From contig JBFMCP010000001.1 of assembly GCA_040754455.1 (NCBI GenBank), forward strand, positions 32,001 through 96,000: a DNA stretch of 64,000 bases, read 5' to 3'. The stretch comes from Nitrospirota bacterium (GTDB lineage Bacteria; Nitrospirota; Thermodesulfovibrionia; Thermodesulfovibrionales; Dissulfurispiraceae). Below are positions 9,488-20,027 of this stretch, in pieces. Each line of letters starts with the position of its first letter. Position 1 is the first letter of the stretch. The translations under genes were made by a program, and so were the position numbers. The notes under the pieces were generated by a model that was given only the letters and a program-made list of their open reading frames with translations, was not told where the DNA came from and did no database searches.

Positions 9488-11224
9488 TCATCCATTAAGA
9501 ATAGTTATTTCTTTTTTCAGCAAATCTGCATACTGTTGAACAAGCCCTCTGAACTTTGCGCCGTCTGGTTGCATGCCGAGGTCTCTTGCTGCGAACGTAG
9601 CGTATCCCAACCGATACGCCAGATAGGCAATACGGTAGAAGGACAGCCGTGCAGCGATATCCCTGTCATGAGACATGCGCTCATAGCGTTCGACAAGATA
9701 TGCGCTCCCCTTCTGATCGAGGCCGAACTCTATAATGGTTCCTGCGATGTCCCAGGCGATATCCTGGCAACAGGGGAAAAACTGATCTGCATGGTGGTCA
9801 ACGGTGTCTGTTTTTATGTACCCTCGTTCGGTAAGCAGCCATTCATTCGGCAGCATGCGTCCGTCGAGGGCAACAGGAGGGCTCTCCTCGAACAGGGAAC
9901 GGAACATGCCGAGCTTCCTCAGCCGGTGGACCCACTCTTTTCCGAGCCCCAGATAGGTGTTCCTTCTGATCATCCGGGCCATCTCGCTGAACTGCATGTC
10001 GCGGTCCACGGTAAAATTCTTTTTAAGATAAGAAAGATACCGGGCTACAGCGCTCAGCAGGCTTTCGCTTACGTCGTCACGCGTAAGGGGCCGCCCCTGA
10101 ACGAAAGGCGATGCTATAAAGCCATTGGCAAAGCCGATGGCAGGCGGAGAGAACCCTGCGTCGGCCAGAATGCTGGCGCGTTCGAATTTAACCCTTCCAT
10201 AACGCCCCAGTCCTGCAAATTTCACCAGGAGATCCCGGTGATTCCTGCAGAGGAATTTGCGTTTCTCATGGTGGGGATGCACAGCGGGGAAATCTCTCTC
10301 CCCTTCATAGAAAAGGCTACGCCACATCCCGGCCGAAATATTGCAGCAAGTGCCGTCTGAAAAAGGGCCCATGATCTTTCCGCTTTGATAGAGCACCTCT
10401 TCGAAGCCGGCAGTGTATTTTTTATGCCGCAGCCAGCGCTCACGGGCGCGTTCCGAAATAAAGTTCCGGCCGTCGGGCTCCCAGCTCGGGAAGAGCACAA
10501 TGCGTGTATCGGCAATGCCGGTTTCCGAGAGCTTTTGTGCAGCGCAGCAGATCGAGGATCCGCTCATGCCTGGTCCCTCATCGATAATGAGAACATACGC
10601 GTACGGCAGCGACCGCAGCACCTCCTCAAGCGTATGCTCGAGCAGGATGCGCCGGTCAAAAGGATCACCGCGCGGACGGAGAGTGCAGGACTCAACACGA
10701 TATCCCTCTTCCTCGAGCACGGCTGCAACGGCGAGAGACAGACTGGTCCCTATGCTCCGCAGTCCGATGCAAAGAACACTTTCTCTTGTATGCTCTTTCG
10801 CAAACGCTTTGGCTGCCTCGAGATAGGTTTCGGGATAGAGCCCGTAATGGGCGTATCCCTCATGTTCCCGAATGCAAATCATTTCCGGGATACTAAGAAA
10901 GTAGAGTTTCCGGAGAGCGCTGCGCAACTGTGTGCCCCAGTATTCCTCCTGCTCCCGCTTTCCTTCCCATGACGCGGAAAAGATATGTCCTACAATAAGG
11001 CCCGTTTTTCTAAGCTCATGCAGAATATCCCTGCTGCCATCCCGTTCCGGACAGAGGGCATCAGTAACAGCAGACTCGAAGACTCCCCACTCGATCAGCA
11101 GCTCGACGGCAGCTTCATGGGTAAACGTGCCGCCCTCTCCAAACTGCTCTGCGAGTGTCCTGATACGAGAGAGGCACGTCGCAGAGGCAACGCGCTGTTC
11201 CTGTTTTCTGTATACGATCATCAT
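9488..11224 (-). CDS. Conserved hypothetical protein with PRTase-like and kinase-like segments (last gene of glycosylation cluster)
   Basis: EGYAHYGLYPE, GLRSIGTSL, VLIIDEGPGMSGSS, DGRMLPNEW..KTD..DH; coupled to the upstream GT gene. Confidence 0.65.
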   Translation of the reverse strand: MMIVYRKQEQRVASATCLSRIRTLAEQFGEGGTFTHEAAVELLIEWGVFESAVTDALCPERDGSRDILHELRKTGLIVGHIFSASWEGKREQEEYWGTQLRSALRKLYFLSIPEMICIREHEGYAHYGLYPETYLEAAKAFAKEHTRESVLCIGLRSIGTSLSLAVAAVLEEEGYRVESCTLRPRGDPFDRRILLEHTLEEVLRSLPYAYVLIIDEGPGMSGSSICCAAQKLSETGIADTRIVLFPSWEPDGRNFISERARERWLRHKKYTAGFEEVLYQSGKIMGPFSDGTCCNISAGMWRSLFYEGERDFPAVHPHHEKRKFLCRNHRDLLVKFAGLGRYGRVKFERASILADAGFSPPAIGFANGFIASPFVQGRPLTRDDVSESLLSAVARYLSYLKKNFTVDRDMQFSEMARMIRRNTYLGLGKEWVHRLRKLGMFRSLFEESPPVALDGRMLPNEWLLTERGYIKTDTVDHHADQFFPCCQDIAWDIAGTIIEFGLDQKGSAYLVERYERMSHDRDIAARLSFYRIAYLAYRLGYATFAARDLGMQPDGAKFRGLVQQYADLLKKEITILNG

Positions 11225-12264
11225 CAGGCTCCTTCAATCAGCTTCCGATATTGTTCGATATAATGCTGCGTCATACGTTCAGCGGAAAATCGTCTCCGTG
11301 CGACCTCTCTGCATACTTCAGGATCGATCACTGCAGCAGCAATCATCGCCTCTGCCATTTCCTGCTCGTCATTCACGAGAAAACCCGTTTTTCCGTGCTC
11401 GACAATCTGCGCAAGCGCTCCTGAGGGAAAGGCAATCACCGGTGTTCCGCAGGCCAGCGCCTCCATTGCGACGAGTGAGCTCGTCTCCGGCGCCAGGCTC
11501 GGGACGAGGAGGCAGCGCGCAGCAGAGAGGAACCTCCGTTTCCGCTCAAAATCAAGCGGACCTATGAACACCCTCCGCTTATCTTCCAGTCTCGGCAATA
11601 TCATATTTATGAAGTAGCGCTCATGCGCCTCATAGCGGAACACCTCGCCTGCTAGGATCAGAGGGACATTTGCGCTCCGTGCCGCATTGAGGGCAATATG
11701 GAAACCCTTTTCAGGACATATCCTCCCCACTGCGAGGGCAAAACGACGCTTGCTCACCGGCGTTTCGAGACGCTCGACCGGCACCCCGTTCTCGATATCG
11801 GGCAGAAGTGACATGCCCTGAGGGCATGCGGCGCGCTGTGAGGCAGAGACGCAGTGAAAATAAGTCCCTGGACGGTCGGTAAGCAGTGCATCCCGGTCAT
11901 ACCATCCGGGAGGGAGATGCAGCGTCACTATCACCGGCGTCCCGGGGGGCGGCAGGTAATGGTTGAAATCGATGCCGTGGAGATGCACAAGGTCGACGTC
12001 CCACCGACGGAGCGCCTCTTCGATCGCTCTCCGGTGATATTCGCGGGCACGATGGCAGGCAGCATCATCGAGGAGGCCTTGCACCTTTGGCGTCGCAATG
12101 AGCTTGCCTCGTACAGCAGACCCCTCGCAGGCCAGCACGATCGACCGGTGCCCTGCGCGCACAAGCGCTTCATCAATGAGCCCAAGGACCTGTTCTGCAC
12201 CGCCTGCGGCATCAGGCGTCACTGGCGCCAGCGGGTAGGCCACATTAAGTACGGTAAGGCTCAT
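11224..12264 (-). CDS. Glycosyltransferase family 4
   Basis: AGGAEQV, GRICPEKG, ETSSLVAMEALACGTPV; start chosen by SD. Confidence 0.88.
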   Translation of the reverse strand: MSLTVLNVAYPLAPVTPDAAGGAEQVLGLIDEALVRAGHRSIVLACEGSAVRGKLIATPKVQGLLDDAACHRAREYHRRAIEEALRRWDVDLVHLHGIDFNHYLPPPGTPVIVTLHLPPGWYDRDALLTDRPGTYFHCVSASQRAACPQGMSLLPDIENGVPVERLETPVSKRRFALAVGRICPEKGFHIALNAARSANVPLILAGEVFRYEAHERYFINMILPRLEDKRRVFIGPLDFERKRRFLSAARCLLVPSLAPETSSLVAMEALACGTPVIAFPSGALAQIVEHGKTGFLVNDEQEMAEAMIAAAVIDPEVCREVARRRFSAERMTQHYIEQYRKLIEGA

Positions 12265-12274
12265 TCTCCCCCCC

Positions 12275-13159
12275 TCAGGTATAGCGCTGCACCATGCGGG
12301 CGCAGAATTCGGCATACTCCTCGACATTTTTGGGCGGACTTGTATGGTGAGGATGAATGCCACACGGCTCGGGAGTGAAGCAAAACGTGAGCGTCACCTC
12401 GAACTCGTCAAGGGCCTTCATCTGACGGTCGAACCAGGCATCGGCATGAGGCCTCAAACTGTCAGCCCAGCTGAGGCCGGTGCGCAGGTGTCGCACGCCG
12501 AGCTTGCGCAGCCAGCGCACCGCGTCGTCCAGGCGATGGTCCTCGAAGTGGAACCACTGACAGATGCCGAAGTGAGGCGTATATTCATGGAATTGGGAAA
12601 GCGCACGTTTCGGGACCCCGTCTTCGCGCAGCAGCCCCATATAGAAATGGCGATAATACGACGAACCTTCGGCCTCGCGATGGCGCGTGGTCGCGGGCCA
12701 TGCCCGCGGGAGGTCGAAGAGGCTGTACCAGTGGATGCGGTGCGCCTGTCCGATCAGGAGCTCAGCCGTGCGCCGCAGGCCGAATTCCTGGACCTCTTCC
12801 GCTCCGAACGTCGAAACGCCGACCTCCGATACCCAGACCGGAAGCGCAGTGATCGCCTGTATTTCTTTGAGCTTCTCCGGCCATTCATGAATGGTCCAGT
12901 GATTCCAGTCCAGAGGAAAGCCGTGCACGGCAACAACATCGGTATAATCGAGCACACCCTTAGCCTTCATATTGGCAATGAAGTTTGGATCGATCGGTGA
13001 TATCCCCCCAAGAACGCGTAGGAGCCACGGGTTCTCTGCAGCAACCGCTTCGGCAGCGGTCTTCACCATATTCGCATAGATTTCCCACTCCGGGTCAAGG
13101 TGAAAGTCCCAATGCGAGAGGTTGTTGGGTTCATTCCAGAGCATAACCGCCTCGATCAT
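12275..13159 (-). CDS. Clan GH-A type glycoside hydrolase ('beta-xylosidase'-like), circularly permuted
   Basis: LWNEPN acid/base motif at the extreme N-terminus, WVSEVG nucleophile, LRTGLSW segment at the C-terminus. Confidence 0.8.
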   Translation of the reverse strand: MIEAVMLWNEPNNLSHWDFHLDPEWEIYANMVKTAAEAVAAENPWLLRVLGGISPIDPNFIANMKAKGVLDYTDVVAVHGFPLDWNHWTIHEWPEKLKEIQAITALPVWVSEVGVSTFGAEEVQEFGLRRTAELLIGQAHRIHWYSLFDLPRAWPATTRHREAEGSSYYRHFYMGLLREDGVPKRALSQFHEYTPHFGICQWFHFEDHRLDDAVRWLRKLGVRHLRTGLSWADSLRPHADAWFDRQMKALDEFEVTLTFCFTPEPCGIHPHHTSPPKNVEEYAEFCARMVQRYT

Positions 13160-13911
13160 GAGAACACCCCTTTCCGCTCACCCCGGCGGCAGATAAAGAC
13201 CTCCTCTTCGGGATGATCGATGATATCGAAGCCCGCACTGCGGAGCATCGCCTCGACACAGGCACGGTTCGGCAGCCACCAGTTGGTGGGGTCGCCGGAA
13301 TATTTTCCCTCGATAAAATGCATCTTGGGGAAATCAGGGCGGTCGAAGATCCCGATCTCCTCGAAAGGATAATCATCCTGGAGGTGGGAAACGGTCCGGC
13401 TGCCGCGCAGCATGGACTGGAATACGAAGAGGTTACCGACCGCATGCTCATACAGGAGATCCAGCGCGAGGAGTGGATGGCGCAGGTGATAAAAGACCCC
13501 CATGAAGAGGACGATATCGAACGTCCTTCCCAGCTTCGCCACATCGTAGACCGAGAGGTGCAGCAGGTCGATGGCGACGCCGCATACTTCAGCGGCGAAG
13601 CGGGCCTGTGCGAGGTAGTCCTCGTCGGCATCAATGCCGAGGACATAATCGGCGCCGCGCCGCTTCATTTCGATCGAGTAGAAACCGGCATTGCACCCCA
13701 CATCGAGCACTGTCATCCCGCGGAGGTCGGAAGGGATGGCATGGGCAAAGCGGCTCCATTTTATTGCAGGGTAGTCGCCGAGGAAGTGATGAGGCGCCGT
13801 CTCTATCCCCTTAAGATTGATGTTATGGAACCATTCTCCGAGATCGCGTACACGGGCCCGGATCTGCTCCGGCGTCAACGCAGACGGTGCTGTAGAAGCC
13901 ATATGTCCCAT
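13156..13911 (-). CDS. TIGR04290-family SAM-dependent methyltransferase
   Basis: WFHNI.L.G..TAP.HFLGDYP, VLDVGCNAGFYS, GVFYHLRHPLLALD, DPTNWW. Confidence 0.88.
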   Translation of the reverse strand: MGHMASTAPSALTPEQIRARVRDLGEWFHNINLKGIETAPHHFLGDYPAIKWSRFAHAIPSDLRGMTVLDVGCNAGFYSIEMKRRGADYVLGIDADEDYLAQARFAAEVCGVAIDLLHLSVYDVAKLGRTFDIVLFMGVFYHLRHPLLALDLLYEHAVGNLFVFQSMLRGSRTVSHLQDDYPFEEIGIFDRPDFPKMHFIEGKYSGDPTNWWLPNRACVEAMLRSAGFDIIDHPEEEVFICRRGERKGVFS

Positions 13912-13938
13912 TGATTCTTTCTCCTTTACCTAACCTAC

Positions 13939-14024
13939 GTTTCGAGCTCCACGTTACGGCAAAAGAAAAATCCAGCAATGTTGTTGTCCTTAGACCTGAA
14001 ACTTGGAACGCACAACTTGAAACT
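13939..14024. repeat. Degenerate heptamer inverted repeat element (same family as 5110-5248)
   Basis: GTTTCGA GCTCCAC GTTACGG ... AGACCTG AAACTTG GAACGCA CAACTTG AAACT. Confidence 0.6.
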
Positions 14025-14750
14025 TCATTTCATGGTGCTGAGCAGCCTTATTGCTTCGCGGTACCCGTTGATGGTCCCCACGTCGACGTAGGAGCTTCCA
14101 TGGCGCACGCCGAGGACCACTCCCCCTCTTCTTATGTATTCATTGACAAGCGTCCCGAAGTATTCATCGCTCCGGCCGCGCTCATGCCAGAGTGCATATA
14201 AATCGTGAAGGATACCACCGTTGAGTTTAAAGGCACCCCATATCCATGACGAGCGGGCCTGCGGCTGTTTCACCTGGATCTCGATAACACGGCCATCGCC
14301 ATCGGTTACCACGGCATCGAAGAATTCGGGGCGTTCCACAGGGAAGAGGAGAAACGAGAGCAGGGAATCGCTCAATGAACAGAGACCGTTCTCAGGAAAC
14401 CAGATCGTATCAGGCAGACCGACGATCACCGCTTCTTCGCGGTGGATCATCGGCACGGCCCGGAAAATGGCATCACACAGTCCCGCAGGACGGGGCTGCA
14501 CTGCATAACAGATATGCGTCTCATGGATCGTGCCGCCGTAATACTCCAGGATATCCGACTTCCCCGGCGATATGACAAAGCAGATTTTTGTGGCACCGCC
14601 GAGTATCATGCGTTCGACGAGATATTCGCTCACCGCGCGCGGCCTCTCGATCCCGCCGTCGCGGCGGCTGCCTACGGGAAGGAGCTCTTTGGAAAATGCC
14701 AACGGCTGTATTCTGCTGCCGGCCCCTGCAGCCGGAATAATTCCCCACAT
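14025..14750 (-). CDS. Sugar-phosphate nucleotidyltransferase
   Basis: GIIPAAGAGSRIQPLAFSKELLPVG; YVDVGT. Confidence 0.88.
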   Translation of the reverse strand: MWGIIPAAGAGSRIQPLAFSKELLPVGSRRDGGIERPRAVSEYLVERMILGGATKICFVISPGKSDILEYYGGTIHETHICYAVQPRPAGLCDAIFRAVPMIHREEAVIVGLPDTIWFPENGLCSLSDSLLSFLLFPVERPEFFDAVVTDGDGRVIEIQVKQPQARSSWIWGAFKLNGGILHDLYALWHERGRSDEYFGTLVNEYIRRGGVVLGVRHGSSYVDVGTINGYREAIRLLSTMK

Positions 14751-14792
14751 GTCTCTACCCCTTGTAGCAGTAATGTTATTTTTGCTTCGTAC

Positions 14793-15863
14793 TCATCGTC
14801 GATACGCCGTTTCCAGTATGCGCTCGAGATCGTCGGCCCGGTTGTCTGCCGTATGTTCGCTGAGTGTACGCTCACGTGCTGCACGGGCGATCCTCAGCCG
14901 CTGCGCTTCGGACATCTCGAGGGCGCCGATAATCTCTTCAGTTGCCTGGGCGGTAATAATTTCTGATCCCGGTGCATAAAACCGATCGAGGCCTTCCCAT
15001 GTATCGCTCAGGATGGGGACGCCGCAGGAGGCCGCTTCAAAGAGCCTTCCCGACGGACAGTATCCCATATCGGCCATCGCACGACGCGTCACATTCAACG
15101 TAAACGACGAAGAGCAGTAGAATGCAGCATGCTCCGGCGGGGGAACGTGCCGTACATAATAAATGTTCTTTGTCCATGGAAACCCTTCCGGGTACAACGA
15201 GCCCCCTATGATGAAACGCCGGTCCGGCAATCTGCGTGAAGGTTCGATGAAAAGCATCTCGAGCAGACGCTGCCGGTCTTCTGCATACGTGCCGAGATAG
15301 GATAGGTCGGCATGGTATGAAGGGGTGCCGGTAACCGGATAGTGCACTGCGGGATCGACGCTCCCATAGAGAGGAGCGACGTGGCGGGCTCCCAGCCGGT
15401 TGCAAAGCTCATCCAGCGCTTTCCCTCCGGTATAGCTGAGCACCAGATCGAAATCACGAAAGCCGCGCGGCCCTATATACGCCACTGGCTGTCCTGAGCG
15501 AAGCCGCTCAAGAGTAACCGGCGTATCAAGGTCGTAGAACGCACGGAGCGGAGCGGCGGAAGAGAGCACGAGATCTGAAGCCGTAATCCCATCGGGACAA
15601 TAGGAGGTCACCATGCCAACATCGGCATCAGAGAGATGCTTTCGTGCAATGGGCAGCACATCGGTCCATTCCGCGTAAAGGTAAAGCTCCACTCCGGGGA
15701 GATCGACGAGATCGCGATGGGAGGCATAATAGGGGACATCCCTCTCGAAAAAGACGATGCGGTGCCCGCGCCGCGCCAGCGCACTGCAGAGGCCGCGCCA
15801 GATCGTCGCATGCCCGTTGCCCCAGGAGGAGCTGATGGTAAGGCCGAAAATAACCAGCTTCAT
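14793..15863 (-). CDS. CgeB-family glycosyltransferase
   Basis: SSSWGNGHAT, YDLDTPVT, LNVTR, SGRLFEAA, EHT. Confidence 0.85.
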   Translation of the reverse strand: MKLVIFGLTISSSWGNGHATIWRGLCSALARRGHRIVFFERDVPYYASHRDLVDLPGVELYLYAEWTDVLPIARKHLSDADVGMVTSYCPDGITASDLVLSSAAPLRAFYDLDTPVTLERLRSGQPVAYIGPRGFRDFDLVLSYTGGKALDELCNRLGARHVAPLYGSVDPAVHYPVTGTPSYHADLSYLGTYAEDRQRLLEMLFIEPSRRLPDRRFIIGGSLYPEGFPWTKNIYYVRHVPPPEHAAFYCSSSFTLNVTRRAMADMGYCPSGRLFEAASCGVPILSDTWEGLDRFYAPGSEIITAQATEEIIGALEMSEAQRLRIARAARERTLSEHTADNRADDLERILETAYRR

Positions 15864-15873
15864 ATTCCTCTCT

Positions 15874-16566
15874 TCAGGAAGCAGGGTTCGGGACCCCGTC
15901 CGTCTCCATAATCTGTTTAAAGTGCCGCAGTTCTTCTTCCACCTGACGCCCGGTAATCCCTTTGAGCACCTTCGCGACGGCAACACCGGCTTTACCAGCG
16001 GGGGGATAATATCTCATCTTTAACGTCACTTCGGTGCCGCGATTGCCCGGCGCATCCTTGAAGCGGACCGAGCCTTTATGTCGGATATCGGCATTCTCCG
16101 GCGTCCGCCACTTGATCACTTCGTTCTCTCGCTCTTCGGTTATCTCCGTATCCCATTCGATCCTGAGCCCTCCCGGCGCCTCTTTGGCGACCCAATGAGA
16201 GCGGCCGTTCGACGAGCGCACTGCAGCAAGGTGCTCCATAAAGAGCGGAAGGTTTTCAAAGTTACGCCAGAAACGGTACACCTCCTCACGGGGACGGTCC
16301 ACTGTAATACTCTTCTCAATCTTAATTCTTTCACGAAGGCCGATGCCGGCAGCATGAATACCGAGGGCGTGGTAGACCGGGCAGTATCCGGTCTTTCCAC
16401 GGTAGACAAGATAACTCCCTGCGAGAGCCATTGCCCTCCCGCGCCGCGAGTGCTTGGTCATGCCGTAGAGCGCAAGCAGGCTTCCGCTGATCATCGATAT
16501 CCATCGCTCCCTGGCCCCGACATTCATCTCCCGGGTCCTCTTTGACACCACTTGTGCTGACCTCAT
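15874..16566 (-). CDS. SRPBCC (cyclase/START-like) protein with N-terminal DUF2892/YgaP-like segment
   Basis: NVGARERWIS..TGYCPVY; VYRFWRNFENLPLFM.HL..V, LRHFKQIMET. Confidence 0.88.
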   Translation of the reverse strand: MRSAQVVSKRTREMNVGARERWISMISGSLLALYGMTKHSRRGRAMALAGSYLVYRGKTGYCPVYHALGIHAAGIGLRERIKIEKSITVDRPREEVYRFWRNFENLPLFMEHLAAVRSSNGRSHWVAKEAPGGLRIEWDTEITEERENEVIKWRTPENADIRHKGSVRFKDAPGNRGTEVTLKMRYYPPAGKAGVAVAKVLKGITGRQVEEELRHFKQIMETDGVPNPAS

Positions 16567-16627
16567 ATCACACCTCCTTGGATGGCTTCACCGTCGGATA
16601 CTCGCGCTTGTTCACATCGGGAGGCGC

Positions 16628-17719
16628 TCACCGCCGCACCTGTCCGGCATGCCATTCCTGCACGTATCCTTCGAGCTCGGCAGCACGGTGCGCTGCCGTA
16701 TGGCTGGCGAGGACGCGCGCGCGGGCGCGCGCGCCGAGCCGGCTCCGCTCCTCCCCGGAAAGCTCGCGGAGATAGCGCAGCGTATCCTCGGCAGAACGTG
16801 AAACTAGTATTTCCGTCCCCGGCACAAAAAACTGCTCGAGCCCCTCCCAGTAATCACTGATGATGGGAGTGGCACATGCCGCTGCCTCGAAGAGCCGCAC
16901 GCTCGGAGAAAAACCGGCGCGAACCATATCGGCGCGAGTAATGTTCAACGTAAATTTCTGGGCATTGTAGAAGCGACAATGCTCGGCGGGCGACAGGTGC
17001 TCGATTCGTTCCACATTGTCGGGCCACGCAATGATATCGGGGTACTGCGGTCCGGCAACGACATAGCGGCCGCTGCCCCACCGCCGGGCAGGCTCAAGCA
17101 TGAGCTGCTCGAGAAGCGGCTGCCGGTCATCGCTGTACGTGCCGAGGTATCCGATGTCCCATCGATATTCGGACGCAGCAGGAAAGTACAGCTCAGGATC
17201 TACGGAGCAGTAGAGCGGTCGTGCCATGGGAGACCGGTACTGTTCCTGGATGAGGCCGAGCAGGGGGCCGCCGGTAAAGGAGAGATACATATGATAGCGC
17301 GGAATCAATGTTGCCGACAGGTAGCTCACGCCGCCGTGTGCGAGCTTTGCCATGGTGACCGGTGTGTCGATATCGTAGAATGCAGTGATACCCTGTGCCG
17401 TCGTAACAACCCATTCGCCGACAGCAATTCCCTCCGGCACATAGGACCCGACGATCACCAGGTCCGCCTCTTTGATTGCAGGGCCGAAACGTTTTTTGAG
17501 GTCCGAGACGCTGAAATAGAGCTCTGTGCGGCCGTAGGGAGGTTTTGGGAGGTCCCGGTTCTCTGCATACCACGGCACCTCCCGCTCAAGAAAAAGGACC
17601 TGGTGCCCCCGGTCAGCAAGTCCACGAACCAAACCGCGGTAGGTCGTCGCATGCCCGTTGCCCCATGAAGAGGTTATCGATAATCCCAGAATAACGATCT
17701 TCAGTGCTGATAGAGTCAT
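16628..17719 (-). CDS. CgeB-family glycosyltransferase
   Basis: TSSWGNGHAT, YDIDTPVT, PSVRLFEAAAC; ATGA overlap with the upstream gene. Confidence 0.85.
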   Translation of the reverse strand: MTLSALKIVILGLSITSSWGNGHATTYRGLVRGLADRGHQVLFLEREVPWYAENRDLPKPPYGRTELYFSVSDLKKRFGPAIKEADLVIVGSYVPEGIAVGEWVVTTAQGITAFYDIDTPVTMAKLAHGGVSYLSATLIPRYHMYLSFTGGPLLGLIQEQYRSPMARPLYCSVDPELYFPAASEYRWDIGYLGTYSDDRQPLLEQLMLEPARRWGSGRYVVAGPQYPDIIAWPDNVERIEHLSPAEHCRFYNAQKFTLNITRADMVRAGFSPSVRLFEAAACATPIISDYWEGLEQFFVPGTEILVSRSAEDTLRYLRELSGEERSRLGARARARVLASHTAAHRAAELEGYVQEWHAGQVRR

Positions 17720-18816
17720 AAACAGCTCCCGGCGCTTGGACATCGGGCATCGAGGATATCTTCGAGCTGTGCTGCACGATGGGCATAGGTATGTTCGGCG
17801 AGAATACGCCGGTATGCCGCTTTTCCTATGGACGACGCGCGTTCAGAGGTAAGGGCACAGATATGCTCGACAACCTCGTTTCCGTTGCTGGCCGTAAGCA
17901 CTTCGCGACCCGGATCGAGGAACATCTCGATGCCGTCCCAATAATCGGTAATGATGCAGGCGCCTGCGCCGGCTGCTTCGAAGATGCGCGTCGGCGGCGA
18001 AAAGCCGTACTGTGCCATGCTCTCCCGGTTGATATTCAGCACTGCCGTCGGTGAGCAGTTAAAGGCATTGTGATCGCAGGTGTAGACGTGCCCGACATAT
18101 TTTATATTGTCGAGGACCGGTGCATCCCAGCCGTTTCCGCCTAGGATAAAACGACGCGTCGGGAGTTCGGCAGCGGCACTGACGAAAAATTCACGGACGC
18201 GGGCCTCGCGGTCAGGGAGACGATTGCCGATAAAGCCAATATCCCCTTCGAACCTCGGATCAGGTGCTACGGGATAGTGTGTCGAGGGGTCGAGGGCATT
18301 ATAGATGGGGATACATTCCCGGGCGCCGAAGGACCTGTAGGTTTTCACTACAGGGTCACCGCCGCCGTAGGTCAGCACGAGATCATAGCGAGGGACAAGT
18401 GCACGGAAGGGGTCGTCGGTATTCATGCGCATGCGATCGAGCGTTGCCGGCGCATCCACATCCCAGAAGAGGGCAAGCGCGCCAGGCCTTTTTACTTGGA
18501 GCACGGCTGCTTCAAGGAGCTCATCGAATACGCCTACCCCGCTCGCCTTGACGATCAGGTCCGCTCGCCGCGCCTCCTCGAGTGCACGATACACACCTTC
18601 GGTGTCCTCCGCTGTATACACAACAACCCGGGCCCAGGGAGGATCGGGGATATCGCGGTGCTGTTGCCGGCCGTAGGCATCGGGCTCATAAAAAGTAACC
18701 GAATGTCCGAGCTCGTGAAGTGCACGGATAATGCCGCGATAGTAGGTTGCAGCACCGTTCCAGTACGCCGACACAAGGCTCGAGCCAAAGAAGGCGATCG
18801 TCAGTCCCTTTTTCAT
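17716..18816 (-). CDS. CgeB-family glycosyltransferase
   Basis: SAYWNGAATYY, WDVDAPAT, PTRIFEAAGAG, EHTYAHR. Confidence 0.85.
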   Translation of the reverse strand: MKKGLTIAFFGSSLVSAYWNGAATYYRGIIRALHELGHSVTFYEPDAYGRQQHRDIPDPPWARVVVYTAEDTEGVYRALEEARRADLIVKASGVGVFDELLEAAVLQVKRPGALALFWDVDAPATLDRMRMNTDDPFRALVPRYDLVLTYGGGDPVVKTYRSFGARECIPIYNALDPSTHYPVAPDPRFEGDIGFIGNRLPDREARVREFFVSAAAELPTRRFILGGNGWDAPVLDNIKYVGHVYTCDHNAFNCSPTAVLNINRESMAQYGFSPPTRIFEAAGAGACIITDYWDGIEMFLDPGREVLTASNGNEVVEHICALTSERASSIGKAAYRRILAEHTYAHRAAQLEDILDARCPSAGSCL

Positions 18817-18837
18817 GTACCTGCTCCTAGCAAAAAT

Positions 18838-18900
18838 AAATTCTAAGCACGAAATTCTGAAATGTTTCGGATTTGTTTTTATGTTCAGGATTTAGTATTT
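18838..18900. repeat. Heptamer inverted repeat element (same family as 39333-39405)
   Basis: AAATTCT AAGCACG AAATTCT ... GTTTCGG ATTTG..ATTTAGT ATTT; 17/18 match to AAATTCGAAGCACGAAAT at 39340. Confidence 0.65.
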
Positions 18901-20027
18901 ATCCTCCTATTTGCCCTTTGTGGTGTGCTCTTATGTTCTCCCTCAAGCTCCTTATAAATGGAGAGCAGTTCGTCGATGCGGTGCGCGCACGTATGCCGCT
19001 CCCGTATGGTCTTCAATCCGTGCTCAGAAAGGGCGCGCGCCATCTCCCTGTCCTGCAACAGGGCTTTCAAGCATCGTTTCATCTCCCTGCCGTTCCGTGC
19101 AACAAGGAAGTCCTTTCCCGGGGTGAATAGTCCCTCATCATCATTCCACGGCGCACAGACCAGCGGGATGCCGCACGCAAGGGCCTCAAAGGGCCGTATC
19201 GTCGGAATACCCGGGAGCGCTTTGACATAGGGGCGTCGCGGGATATGGATCGTTATGCTGAACCGGGCAAAGACGTCCGGCACCGCGTAGTTGGGAAGCC
19301 AGCCGCTATAATGTATTCCTGCCTCCTCGATTGTTTTCAGCGCGCTGTGCGGATACCGCACCCCGTGCATCTGCGCCTTCAGACCGAGCGCCTTGACCGG
19401 CTCGATCAGAAACTCCTGCAGCTCAGAAGTCCGTTCGTCATCGCCCCAGTTCCCGATCCATACCAGGTCTCCTTCCCTTCTGCGCCGGTGTATCGGACGA
19501 AAGACCCGTGTATCCGCTGCCTCGTGCCAGGTCCATGCCCGTTCAGCCCATCCCTTCTCAATATAGAGCGTGCGGATGACTTCCCCAAAGGCCAGGACGC
19601 CGTCATAATGAGAGAGATCATAGACTGCCATGCTTTCAGGATCGGTGACCGAGCGGTGGTGCGTATCATGGAAAAAAAGCCTGAATCCCCCCACACGCGC
19701 CCGGTATTCGCCGATACGTCGTATCAGCTCATGCTCATTCCATTCATGGACGATCACCAGATCGGCCCCCTGAAGGACGCGGTCGAGGTCGAGCGCCTTG
19801 AGGTCGTACCGTGTGCTCTTGATCCAGGGATACACAGTCCGTAATCCGCGAAGCGGCTCGAGACCGTGCGCTGCCAGGAGATTCCTGAGACTCCAGGCAT
19901 CCCGGGGCTCGTAGACAGCGACTTCGTGTCCCCGCGACAGGAGCTCTGCAGCGATGCCGCGCAGGAAATGTGCGTTGCCGTGATTCCAGTCTGACAGCAG
20001 CGAATGATAAAACAATATTACACGCAC
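18885..20027 (-). CDS. CgeB-family glycosyltransferase
   Basis: SDWNHGNAHFLRG, HDTHHR, PTIRPFEALACG, RHTCAHR. Confidence 0.85.
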   Translation of the reverse strand: MRVILFYHSLLSDWNHGNAHFLRGIAAELLSRGHEVAVYEPRDAWSLRNLLAAHGLEPLRGLRTVYPWIKSTRYDLKALDLDRVLQGADLVIVHEWNEHELIRRIGEYRARVGGFRLFFHDTHHRSVTDPESMAVYDLSHYDGVLAFGEVIRTLYIEKGWAERAWTWHEAADTRVFRPIHRRRREGDLVWIGNWGDDERTSELQEFLIEPVKALGLKAQMHGVRYPHSALKTIEEAGIHYSGWLPNYAVPDVFARFSITIHIPRRPYVKALPGIPTIRPFEALACGIPLVCAPWNDDEGLFTPGKDFLVARNGREMKRCLKALLQDREMARALSEHGLKTIRERHTCAHRIDELLSIYKELEGEHKSTPQRANRRINTKS

